Of a stretch of 64,000 nt of DNA, positions 46,571-58,673 are shown piece by piece (position 1 is the first letter of the stretch; the number at the start of each line of letters is the position of its first letter). The notes beneath the pieces are model-generated. The model was given only the letters and a program-made list of their open reading frames with translations. It ran no database searches and was not told where the DNA came from. The translations under genes were made by a program, and so were the position numbers. Location of the stretch: assembly GCF_009834535.1 (NCBI RefSeq), contig NC_045696.1:114764001-114828000 (forward strand). Direction: 5' to 3'. This DNA is from Camelus ferus. Taxonomy: Eukaryota.

Positions 46571-47184
46571 AAAAACACAAACTAGATTTAGAAAGGAAAA
46601 GGGAGACAAGGGAATTTAAAGGACGTATATAGAGCGTCTTAAAGACTCTTGTACAAGAATTCTGTGAAGTCTTTAGAAAAGTATGTCCTCAAAATATAAG
46701 ACATTTAGGAACCAATGGAACCTTCTTGCCCACTCCCAATCTCTGCCCCACTGTCTCCATCATTCTGTTTTCCTACCCTCTCTCCTGATCTTTCCCCATA
46801 TTTCTTTCTGCCCCAAGACTTCATTCTGCTTTCTTTGTAGATCTGATTTCTCAGGATCATATTCAGGAAGAATGCACACAATGGCTCCTACTCTGATCCC
46901 CTCCTAGGTCAGCCACCCACAGGAAACACCAAGTCTTGTCTCTGAATGTAAATTCCAGTTGCTGATGGGATAGAATCAGATTGTCCTGGTTTAGGTCAGC
47001 TGCCCACCTGTGACACAAATGAACTGCAATCTCTGGGGGGACGTTCCGAGACCCACTGACTGTGCAAGAGAGTTCAGGGAACCAGATTATCTGAAGAAGT
47101 GGGAGACCAAGATAAGAAACGTGGCCACTGATGTTTACATATTCAGGACATTCATTTAGTTGCCCAGTCATTGTGAAATTGAGA

Positions 47185-47470
47185 ATATTCATTCAGTCAC
47201 CAAACGCTTTATTGAGCATCTGAGATGTGCTAGAAATAGAACGATGAATAAGATACAGTCCTTTCTTTTAAGGAATTTATGGTCTACTGAGACTGACAAC
47301 TCTGTACACACTTTGAATCTCCTGAAATCAGTTCTTCAGCTGGGTAGCACAAGGTGCCTATATGAGGAGTATGGACGGGGCTCAAAAGATTTCCTGGAAA
47401 AACAAGTGGGAGATAAGCCATCTATTAAAAGATGAGTAGAAGTTAGCCAGATTGAGAAATGTGGGGACAG
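47185..47470 (-). mobile_element. L2 3' region
   Basis: ATTCATTCAGTCACCAAACGCTTTATTGAGCATCT...GATGAATAAGATACAGTCC...GATGAGTAGAAGTTAGCCAG. Confidence 0.75.
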
Positions 47471-50400
47471 CCATATAGGGAGTGATAAAATTCAGGATCT
47501 GAGTCCATTTGATGATCAACTGTCAAAAAGAACAATTTGTCAAAAAGCCAGTTCAGCAAAAAAAATCCATTTTCCAAGCCTGCCTATTATCAAAACTTGT
47601 TTTAACAGATATCATCCTTTCAATACCACTAACATAAATGCATTTTGGTTATGGATGCCTACTTAGTGAGTTTTATAATTTTACTGAATTGATTATTTGC
47701 TGAAATTGATGTTTAGTAAATTTGTAATTCAATGCATTGATTTTGGGTGTATTAGTCTGCTTTCAAGTGAATAAATCCAGAGATATGAGGGGACAAGTTC
47801 TTGTTCCTTATGGATAGAGCCTTATGGCTAGAACATAAAGTGTGAATTGAGCAGAGGCAAAGGAAAATGGTTTGGCTGGGTGGGGCAGAAGTGGAATTAC
47901 TTCTTAATATAAGGCTATTGTGCATTGACAAGAGTTAATTTCTGAAAAATATGTGTAGTAAAAATCAAATGCTAGACACATCTTATTTATATTGATTTTA
48001 TGCATATCTATTTCATTCCAGTAGATTTTATGCTTCTTGAGATCAAGAACCATGTGTTTTCTTAACCTAAATTGTCTCTTTCTTAATATAGTATTTTAGA
48101 ATCCAAACATGTTCTTCTCACATAGGTTTCTGGCTTCTTTGGGTGATCAGTAAATATGTTTTAACTGACTAAGCCCTTACACTCATTAATGTTACATATA
48201 ACTAGACTTTTCCAAGTTTCAGTTCACTTGTGGATGCCTCTACTGCTTCAGAGATACAAAAAGAGGATTATTATAGATATTTTATTATTTTTCATGCTTT
48301 CTGAAATAGAAAAATATTTATCCCCGTTAAAACATTAGCTTCTTAAATTAACAGTGAATGTAAAACCATGATATGTAGTTAACATTTGGAGATATAACTT
48401 ACTGATTATTAATGCAGGTCTGTAAATGAATATTAAGCAGTATAATTACCACTCAATGACTCCCTCCCCAGAATTTTTTCTTAGGGGTTGATTGATACAT
48501 ATTGTTCAGAATTAGCTCTTTAGTTTCCTGTAGATTTCTTTCATTCAAGACATCTTAGTAGATATATGATCTACTTAGTAGAAATATGATCCAGCGTGTA
48601 ATACTCTTAATTGAATATAACACAATATAATTATGGATAAAGGAGTTGTCAAGAAGCCTAAAACTTCAGAATAGAAATTACCCATGTCCCACTACTATGG
48701 TAAACAATTAACCTTCTGAAATGAATATTTATGTTTATACCCCCTCAACAGTAAGGCTGAATATATAATTGCTTTATAATTGCCACATATATCCTGAGTT
48801 GGCTTTTATGTGTGTATATTTGTACTGTTGCTTACTTACGTGAAAAAAAAAGAGAGAAATCATTGTTTTATTGAAGATTAAATCACAAAGGAAAACCAAG
48901 TAAATGACTTTCCTTAGGAGCATGATGGTAGAGTCAGCAATAACTTGATTTTTTTTGCTAGCATACTCAAAAAAAATGTGAAGAAATAAAATTATTTCTG
49001 CAATACTTATAATAGTCATGGAAAACTACCAAATAATTTGCCAATAAACAGAAAAGAAAGTGGTTTGCTCATAGTTCATTTTTATACTTTTCCTCCTCAA
49101 ACTGACTTAATTATAAAAATATACTAATACAAATAACATAATACCAGATGTAGAATAGAGGAATTTAAGAGCATTAATAATAGACACAATACTTTTACTA
49201 AATACGATGCCTTAAAAGTGTTGGTAGACTCTAGAGTTGGATTGACTCCTGTTGTATTCGCCAGTCTTTTTAATTAGCTTCCACTGGTAAGTTCATTTTA
49301 ACAGCTTATTTAATTTGTATTTATGAGACTAAACGTGAATGGGAGCATTTGTGACATGTCTGTCAGAAGCTTTCTATTTTGTGACTTTGAGGTTTTCTAT
49401 GGAAGGAGTCATAACTTCTCTTCTTTCTGTAACTCTCCCAGGATACATACAGCACCATGCTTTGTTCACAGTGTACCTTGAGTAAATAGTAGGGGCTGCC
49501 TGAATGGATCTGAGAGGCAGGATGCTTTTATGGCCTGCATTTCTCCACCCTAGTACCATTGTCAATGACTCCAGGTGGCCCCATCAAAGACTGAGACACT
49601 TAACAGTTACAGTCTCATAACGTGGGGATCACCTTGGAATTTTCAAGTGGAACCATAAGCTGGCGACAAACATTACAGAACTGGCAACAAAGATTCCCTG
49701 ATATCTCCTTACAAAGCCATCACCTGAATCTCTAGGATCCTTTTCGGCTTTAAGTATTGTGATGCAGCTCGACTCTTTCTTTGGTTTTGCCAGCTTGTAA
49801 ATTTTGGAAACTGCTCATCACCCCTCATCTGACGGTCGACAACACTTTCAGAAGGCTGTCATGCACAAGAAGTAATTTCAAGACCCCAGAGCCCTTGCTG
49901 AAGCTCTCCTCACCCAGACACACCTTCCCTGACAGCACCAGGAGATTCTGCTACCATTTTCTGCCATCTCTTTGAAAAGTGCCCCCACCGGCTTCTGAGA
50001 CAAAGGAGACATGGCTGAATCTGAGCTCATCCCAGTGATGCCCTACCAACTGTTTCCAAAGACCTTTCACAAGATGAGTATCAGAAGCCAGGAACAATGC
50101 TGTCAGTAAAGTTTATTAATAGGCTCGACCATGAAGTTCCTTATATGTTGTATTTTCATTTGGTTAGTCCTTCCATCACCGCAGTCAAGTGTCAGTGGTT
50201 AACTGTTCTTATATATAGTAAATAAAGTGAAATAAATCTAGGAGAGAAGATGCGTCATCAGTCTGAGATCTTCCAGGTTCCCAGTTTGCTGAGTCAAATA
50301 GGAAAGAAAGCCTGAAAAAAATTGGTGCAAAAGCCATCAATAGAACATTTAGACTCATTTTGTAAGGCCTCACTGAATATCTCAATTGGTCAAACATAGC

Positions 50401-50829
50401 CACTTTATTGTTGTTGTTTATTTGTGGGGGTTTTTTGTATATATTTTCCTCTGATTAGCAACTGATTTTCCTTACATTTAAGTTCAAAAGGGGGAACTGT
50501 GAAAATAATTCTACTTTGTCAAAATTATCAGATTAAAATGATTTTTATATTTCTTTTATTAGGATAGCCATGTTCCCTTTTTTATATATAAGTAAAGACT
50601 TTATGGCTAGAAAAGTAGGAAAATATTTGGATGCTTTTTAAACTTTAAGGGTGAAAACAGGAAGGAAGCAAAACGTGTTTTTAAAGCATCTCTCAACTGA
50701 CTCTATCATCTTCCCATGACTGAGAAGGAATAAAAAATGAGCTGATCTCTGTCTGTTGCTTCCCTAATCGAACTCCTCCAATGTGAAATTTCCAGGCTGT
50801 GTGCTGTAAGGGTCGTGATGGTCATGATG

Positions 50830-51050
50830 GTCAGGAATGGGTTCTAGAGGTTCCAGCTCCCTCTTTGACAGCTTCTTATTACATGATATGACCTTGCTGT
50901 GACCTTCTGTCCACGGTCTCCACCTATAAAATCAGAGGATTACTGTTCCTGAGGGTTTCATTGATGATTAAAGACATCAGGCCAGGGGAAGTCTTAAAAG
51001 AGTTGCTAGTATATAATAAATATCCATGATGTTAAATATTCATTATTGCT
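50830..51050 (+). mobile_element. MIR-like SINE
   Basis: ATATGACCTTG..GACCTTCTGTCCACGGTCTCCACCTATAAAATCAGAGGAT...GATGATTAAA. Confidence 0.55.
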
Positions 51051-52989
51051 GTTATGATTTGAGCCTCTTTCCATAAACCTCTGCATTTTATCCTGCTTCC
51101 TATTTAAAATAGAATTCATAAATTCTGCCTCTACCTCACATATATGCATATCTTTGTATTAATCCTCTTCAGTTCTTGGCCTTGCTGTAAGCCATACCGC
51201 ATGTAAGTCAGAACTCTGGCTTTAAAAAGCTGTCTTGTTTCAGAAAATTTATTTAACATGTTGGGCTTTAGTTTTCCCAGCTGAACAATGAGGATGATGG
51301 TAGGACATGATTTCCAGGATTAGCATAGTTCTTCTCTGCTTGAAAGAATGTGGACATGCTTTAGTCATGCTAAACTTGGAGTCAGCAATCCTATTCCTTG
51401 ACTATCTGGAACCCGCTAATGGCAATTTGAACTTTGAATATTTCCATACCAAGCATCTTATTCTTTGTGGGGACAAACACTCCTTTCCGGATAGCCCTTG
51501 TGTTCAGCGCTGTTGTCAATCAGTGTTGTTACTGATGCTGCCTGTTTAAGTATGCATTGAATAAAACATTCAAATCATGTTATTTATAACTTCTACATTT
51601 CCTTCTACTCATTTCCCTGATCTGAGATGTAAAATGCAATCTACACTGGGCAAACAATTTTAGCTTGGAGAAACAAAGGGAGAGAAAAGCAGGGTGAGGG
51701 GCTTCATGTAATAAAATAATGTGGAAATAAGATTATGGGATTGTGTCTTTTGTTTGCTGATTTTTTACCCCCAAATCAGAACTAAGAAATTCTGGGCTTA
51801 TCAGAAATTTCAGAAGAGAGGCAAGGCAGGTGAGATCTGGCCAAGGAAAAGTGATACTTGTAACTGTCAATGATCATGAGATACTGTTGACGAGAAGTAG
51901 ATTGTGCAGAATTCATAATTTGACAGTCGCTAAGGAAGGCGATGAAATTTACCACAACAAGGAAGTTTGTACTTCCTTCAATTTTTACATACTTCAATTC
52001 AAGTAAGTTCAAAGCCCTTTCTCTGTCTTTCCGACAATTTATATGTAGCCTGAGGACAATATGGTAAATTTTAAAACCACCATTTTCTATTTAAAAGAAA
52101 TAGTAAAATCTAACTTAAGAGAAGGAAGTTAGTGATGGAGGAAGATAGCAATTTCTCTTACATGAAGCCCAAGAGAAAAATATTTGTTGAGTTGTTTACC
52201 TCTTTATGAAATGTGTGCTTTCTTGCTGGGTTTTGCTGTCAAGTATATATTTTAATAATCGTAATACAAATACGTGGTTGTTTGTTTAAATTTTGTGTTA
52301 GCATGAAATACAAGAAAGAAAAACAGTATGAAGAATCTTAAAAAAAGATTTTCAACATGCCAAAGCAGCGTTTTTGTTGAGATAAACTTTTTGTTATTCC
52401 CTTGCTTTACAAACACTTGCAATTCAATGATACAACAAAGCCCAACTTCTCTCTCATTTTCAAATACCCATTCCCTGAAGGTTTATTTGTACATACAAAG
52501 ACTCCTCAATTATTTCCTGTGTATAAGAGACTTAGAGCTCTCTTTCACAATATGGTTAGTACCAGGTCATCAATTATCCTGAAGCTGTCTCTCGCTGAAT
52601 GTCCTTTCACAAATCAAGTTTCATATGTCTTGGCTGCATATATCAGTGGTTGCCTCAAACACCACAAATTGAGAGCACTATTGTCCTCTTCCTTGGAAAT
52701 GTGAAATCAGCAGAAGTCCCTTTTCTATCTTTAGACTGAATCTTACGTCTTAAACCTTTTAAACGAGGTGAACTTGTCAAATCCAGATATTAGGAGTTCT
52801 TCATTCATTGTGGTTCTCTTTTCTGGATCATTGTTTAAATTTTCTCATATCTTTATGATTCAGTACATAATTTCTGTGTCTGTTCCCCAGTGTTTTATTT
52901 TGGGTTATTAAAATGTTTTAATTTCCTTCACACATAATCAATTCATGTTGAATAACAGCACATGTATATATATGGTTTGTATCAAGCCA

Positions 52990-54230
52990 ACCGTCCCTTC
53001 AAGCAACTTTGAAAACCACATAAAGTAACAAGAGATGGCTCTTTGAAACCCGAATACAATTAAGGAAGGAGAGACTTTTGGAAGCAAGATGCCAGAGAAA
53101 AGGAAACCAAAAAGAAGTGAGATATTTTAAGCAGCTTTTGTTTATCAAGCTATTTGTCTAATCCTAAACCTTGAGGGGTCATGAGTAACAGAGACTAAAC
53201 AGAATGAAGGTGCAAAGAGGCTGATATTAAGGAGAGCTTCTGGCAGATGCACAGAGCAGGAGAGACAAACGCTGGACTTCGTGGTCTGGAGGAAAAGCTG
53301 GGCTAGACCCCTTGACTTATATCTGAGACTCAGAAGGACTCATAATCTAGGGGTAAAGGCCAAGAGTCCAGACTCTAAACATCTCACTCTCTGAATCAAG
53401 AAGACCTTCCTCAATTCTAGTAGAAGGCCAGAAGAAAAGCAATCCTCTCTGAAGGAGACAAATATCTTGTAGAATCCCTCTAAATTTTTATACACATTTC
53501 CTCACGATCAATACAATTTTTCGAGCCAATCAGGAACAATTACCAAGAACCAAGAGAAAAAATAGGGGTATGGAGCAGAGATTATTCAGATATTGGAGAT
53601 ATAAAATAGAACTAGAATTAATATGTTGACAAAAATAAATGATACGATGTAGAATTTCACCAGAGGACTGGAATCTACAAACATAAGCCAAACTCAAATT
53701 TTAGAACTGAAACGCATAATCTTTAATTAAGAGCTCGATTAAATGGGTTGACCAGCCAATGCGTCAAAGCTGAAGAGAGGTTTTTTGAACTGTCATACAA
53801 CTCAGGAGAAACATCTAGAATAAAGCACTGGCAGGAAACAAAATTGTGAAAATACAGAAAAAAAATGATGCAGATATGTTTCATTGAGACAAGTTCTAAA
53901 AGTGGCATAAGTATAGTCCCGGAAGAAGAGAGAGTCTTGAGTGGAAATAATATAGATGGAAAAACGTAAGCTGCTCATAATGTTTGGCTCATAGATCCCT
54001 AAATGTGAAATGTAAAACTAGCAACCTTGCAGTAGAAAACATAGGAGAAAAATCTCTATGAACTGGGTCAGGATAAGTGTTCTCAATTCATGCCACCAGA
54101 AGCATAATCCATTAAAGAAAAAAAAACAGATAAATTCCACTTCATCAAAATTTAAAATTTTTGCTCTGCAAATGACCCTATTAAGAGAATGAAAAGACAT
54201 GATACTTACTTGGAGAAAATATTTGCAAAG
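52990..54230 (+). mobile_element. Old L1 5'/ORF1-like remnant followed by an ORF2 fragment (~54015-54230)
   Basis: GAATTTCACCAGAGGACTGGAATCTA..AAATTTTAGAACTGAAA (ORF1-like); TAGAAAACATAGGAGAAAA...CTTCATCAAAATTTAAAATTTTTGCTCTGCAAATGAC (ORF2). Confidence 0.7.
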
Positions 54231-54235
54231 CTTAC

Positions 54236-54390
54236 AGCCAGCAGTTTGGGTTACATGATATGAGGGCCTGGTGCAAAATAAAAATGCAGGGTCATTTGTT
54301 CAAAAAGCAGGAAAAAAATTCTTATTTAGTGTACTAAAATATAAAACTTGTCTCTTTCTTTCATAGTTTCTGCCTCAATCTTTATAGTAC
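54236..54390. mobile_element. MER115-like hAT-Tip100 fragment
   Basis: GGGCCTGGTGCAAAATAAAAATGCAGGGTCATTTGTTCAAAAAGCAGGAAAAAAA...GTACTAAAATATAAA. Confidence 0.55.
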
Positions 54391-55301
54391 TTTTTTACAA
54401 AGATTTGATTTTTTTAGAGCAGTTACCCATGTGTACATGGGTTAAATGATGAAGGGATATATATATTTCACAAAGAGGAAATTTTACTGACAAAAAAAAT
54501 TATACAGAAGTGTCATAACTCATAATAAAACAAGAACAGAAATATTCATAGCTGTGTGTTATTTTCTACTCAGTTCACTAGCAAAATTAAGGAAAAGTAT
54601 AATACCCAATGCTGACCAGAGTTCAATGAAACTGACATCCTCATACCTTCTCTGTAGAGTAAAAACGGGTTTAATCATTTTGAAAGCCATTTAACAGTAC
54701 AGGTGAAAAACCTAAGTTGCTCATAATCTTTGCCACAATACTTACATCTTTGAGACTGCAATATAAGGAAATTATCCAGAAGGTATTAAAAAAAAAAAAA
54801 AACAATGTGTAAATGCCCAAAGATTTTTACCCTGGACTTGAAGAAGTTGTAAGAGCCTAAATATGTAACAGAATATTGCACCTATTCCCAACGATCCAAG
54901 GAACACTAGACCAAATGCTTTGTGATAAAAAGGACCAGTGGTCAAATAAATTAGGAAAATCCTGCATACTATATTCCTCATTTGTAAAGTCACCATAAAA
55001 ATATCTATATTAAGGATTCTAAGATGTCTATCCTGAAGGAAAGATCTCAGCCTAACTTTGTTTAACTTATAGTTTTTTCAGTTTAATTTGCCCTTAGATC
55101 TCATACTTCCCATGCTAATATCATATATAATGATTTTTGGGAAAAGAAGTGTTAGAATATTGCACTAAGATTTTAATGTTTTTCTTTTTTCAAAATTGGT
55201 ATGAGTGTATTGCTTCATAATAGAAAAATACATAAGAAAAAAATGAGTAAGCTCAAATTACTGTCCTCTAGAAGTTCATAATCTATTGCAGAGAGATGGT
55301 C

Positions 55302-57375
55302 ATTTTTTTTTTTTGAAGTATAGTTAGTTTACAACGTTGTGTCAATTTCTAGTGTACAGCCTAATGCTTCAGTCATACATGAACATACATATATTCGTTT
55401 TCATATTCTTTTCATCATGTTACTACAAGATATTGAATGTAGTTCCTTGTGCTTTACAGTATGAACTTGTTGTTTATCTATTTTATCTATTGTAGTTATA
55501 GATAAAATGTCTATTTTATATACAGTAGTTAGTATCTGCGAATCTTGAGCTCCCAATTTATCCCTTCCCACCCTCTTCTTCCCCAGTAACCATAAGTTTA
55601 TTTTCTGTCTCTGAGTCTGTTTCTGTTTTGTAAATAGGTTCATTTGTCTTTTTTTTTCAATATTCCACATATAAGTGATATCATATGTTATTTTTCTTTC
55701 TCTTTCTGGCTTACTTCACTTAGAATAACAATCTCTAGGTCCATCCTTGTTGCTGCAAATGGCATTATTTATTATTTTTTATGGCTGAATAGTATTCTAT
55801 TTTATAAATATACTACAACTTCTTTAACCAGTCATCTATCGATGGCCAATTTGGTTGTTTCCATGTCTTGCTATTGTAACTAGTGCTTCTATAAATTTTG
55901 GGGTGCATGTATCTTTTTGAACTAAGGTTCCCACTGGATATATGCCCAGGAGTGGGATTGCTGAACATATGGCAAGTCTTTTTTTAGTATTTTGAGGAAT
56001 CTCCATACTGTTTTCCATAATAGCTGCACCAAACTGCATTCCCACCAGCAGTGTAGGAGGGCTCCCTTTTCCTCACAGCCTCTCCAGCGTTGATCTTTTG
56101 TGGACTTTTGAATGATGGTTATTCTGACTGGTGTGAGGTGATACCTCATTGTAGTTTTGATTCACATTTCTCTGATAATTAGTGATATTGAGCATTTTCT
56201 CATGTGCCCATTGATCATTTGTATGTCTTCCTTGGAGAATTGCTTGTTTAGGTCTTTTGCCCATTTTTGGATTGGGTTGTTTGTTTGTTTTTTTCTTATT
56301 AAGTTGTATGAGCTGTTTACATATTCTGGAGATCAAGCCCTTGCTGGTTTCATCTTTTGCAAATATTCTCTCCCATTACATGGGATGTCTTTTTGTTTTA
56401 CATATGATTTCCTTTGCTGTGCAAAAGCTTGTAAGTTTAATTAGGTCCCCTTTATTTATTTTTGCTTTTATTTCTGTTGCTTAGTTAGACTACTTCAGGA
56501 AAACATTGCTGTGATTTATGTCAGAGGATGTTTTGAATATGTTTTCTTCTAAGAGGTTTATAATGTCTTGTCTTATGCTTAAGTCTTTGATCCATTTTGA
56601 GTTGATTTTTGTGTATGGTGTAAGGGAGTGTTCTAGTTTCATTGTTTTACATGCTGCTGTCCAGTTTTCCCAACACCATTTGCTGAAGAGACTGTCTTTA
56701 TTTCATTGAGTTTTCTTGCCTCCTTTATCGAAGATTAATTAACCAAAAGTTTGTGGGTTTATTTCTGGTCTCTCTATTTCTGTTCCATCGATTCATATGT
56801 CTATTTTTCTAACAATACCATGCTGTTTTGATTTCTGTAGCTCTATAGTATTGTCTGAAGTCTGGGAGGGTTATTCCTCCAGCTTCATTCTTTTTCTTCA
56901 GAATTGCTTTGACAATTCTGTGTCTTTTGTGATTCTATATACATTTTAGGATTATTTGTTCTAATTCTGTGAAAATTGTTATGTGTAATTTCATAAGGAT
57001 TGAATTAAATCTGTAGATTGCTTTGTGTAGTGTGGCCATTTTAACAATATTAATTCTTCCAATCCAAGAACATGGGATATCTTTCCATTTCCTTAAGCCA
57101 TTTTTAATTTCCTTAGTCAATGTTTTGTAGCTCTCTGCATATAAGTATTTAACTTCCTTGGTCAGAATTATTCTTAAGTGTTAAATTTTTTGGATGCAAT
57201 TTTAAAAGGGATTGTTTCTCTACTTTCCTTTTCTGATACTTCATTGTTAGTGTAAAAAAATGCAACTGATTACTGTATGTTAGTCTAGAAAACCCTAAAG
57301 GCTCCACAGAAAAATTACTAGAGCTGTTAAGATAATTTGGCAAGGTATCAGGATACAAGATTACCATACAGAAGC
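55302..57375 (-). mobile_element. Young L1, ~2.1 kb, disabled ORF2 3' part + 3' UTR, with inverted 5' segment (57284-57375 in plus orientation)
   Basis: Poly(T) at 55303-55314. Minus-strand ORF2 peptides [33 protein letters not shown] in different frames. Plus-strand CTAGAAAACCCTAAAGGCTCCAC...CAGGATACAAGATT is upstream ORF2 sequence inverted. Confidence 0.95.
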
Positions 57376-58146
57376 CCATTTCTAATTAATAAAGGTTACA
57401 CTGTGAAAGACTTCTGTTAGCCTTATGAATGAACTTCTGAGTGAGCAGAATGATGGGAAAATTAACTCTTCCCGAGAGGAAGGGTTGGAAGAAGGCATTA
57501 AGTAAAATAAAGGACTTGCTCAAACTGGTTGAGATGTGAACAATCTATAAGGAATCATTATTAATTTTTTAACTGATTTAAATTTAAGTTGTGATAGAAA
57601 TTTCCTGTGAAGATAGAGTGATACAAACAAATTTTCTTCCCTTATCTAAGATTAATTCCTGTTTAGATAAATGGAAATATGAACTGTAGAGTCATACTGA
57701 AAAAACTTACACTTTGGTATTAAGTAGACCTGTGTCTATAACCTAGTTTTGTTTATTAACATATTTAAGCACTTGGTTGTGAGTTGATCATGATGACAAC
57801 CTAGCAGAGTTGTTAAAGGATTATATAGAATAGTTCAGTCATTAATAAGATAGCCAGTTCATTAGAGATGTCACTGAGGACACTGACGGGCCTAGAGGCT
57901 CTCCATTTGTACCCTCATCATCATCAACAAACCAATTAATACTCTTTAACTTGCAAGTGTACCTGAAACCAAATCAAGTACCTGAGCAAGAAAAATAATC
58001 AGAAATTTATTGACACAAATGGGAAGTTTTAGAGTACCTTAAAGACTAGAAGGAAAAGTGAAGTAAAACAGGGCTCAAGGTTGAATTCTTCTAAAAGTCT
58101 CTCTCCCTTTCTGCTTCTCTTTTCTTCCTGACTCAACTGAACTTCA

Positions 58147-58673
58147 GTATTAGCTATCAACCTCTGTGCATCTCGTTATTCCAAAACTTGGCGTAAGGCA
58201 ATGCACATTCATTATCTTACATATTTTCAGTAGGTTTGCAATTCAGAAGCAATTTAGCTGGGCGGTTCTGGCTCATGGTTTCTCCTGAGGTTCAAGTCAA
58301 GATGTTGGCCATGGTGTTAATCATCTCTTGAAGGCTAGCGGGGCTGGAGGATCCACTTTCAAGGTGGTTCACACACGTGGCTTATAAGTAAAGGCTTGTC
58401 AGGCAGCCTCAGTTCCCCGCCATGGGTACTTCTTGAAAGGGCTTGAGTGTCCTCACAATGTGACAGTTGATTTGCCCTCCAAATAGATGATCCAAGAGGG
58501 TGCAAGGCAGAAGTCTTAGGACCTCACCTCAGGAGTCACACATCATTGCTTTTTGCAGCATTTCCTTTCTGTGAAATATGTTAGCCTTACTCATTGTGGA
58601 GGGGGGAATACATGACAGCGTGAATACTAAGAGGGGAGAGTCATCGGGAACCATCTTGGGATCTGGCTAACAC
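58147..58673 (-). mobile_element. MLT1F-type MaLR solo LTR, apparently nested in an older MLT1 remnant (~57930-58960)
   Basis: TTAGCTGGGCGGTTCTGGCTCA..TCAAGATGTTGGCC...GGGGCTGGAGGATCCACTTTCAAG...GCTTGAGTGTCCTCACAA...CCATCTTGGGATCTGGCTAACACA. Confidence 0.85.

Noticed and set aside
48553..48592. 20-bp tandem duplication (similar ones at ~7780, ~18812 and ~19927)
   Set aside because: Ordinary slippage micro-duplications with no further structure.
49600..50110. Possible processed pseudogene (GC-richer, coding-like stretch)
   Set aside because: The frames I translated contain stops and gave no recognisable protein; no poly(A)/TSD seen.
55836..57379. ORFs with reverse-transcriptase-protein-like peptides as a CDS
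   Set aside because: They are frameshifted, stop-interrupted pieces of a truncated L1 ORF2, not an intact gene.
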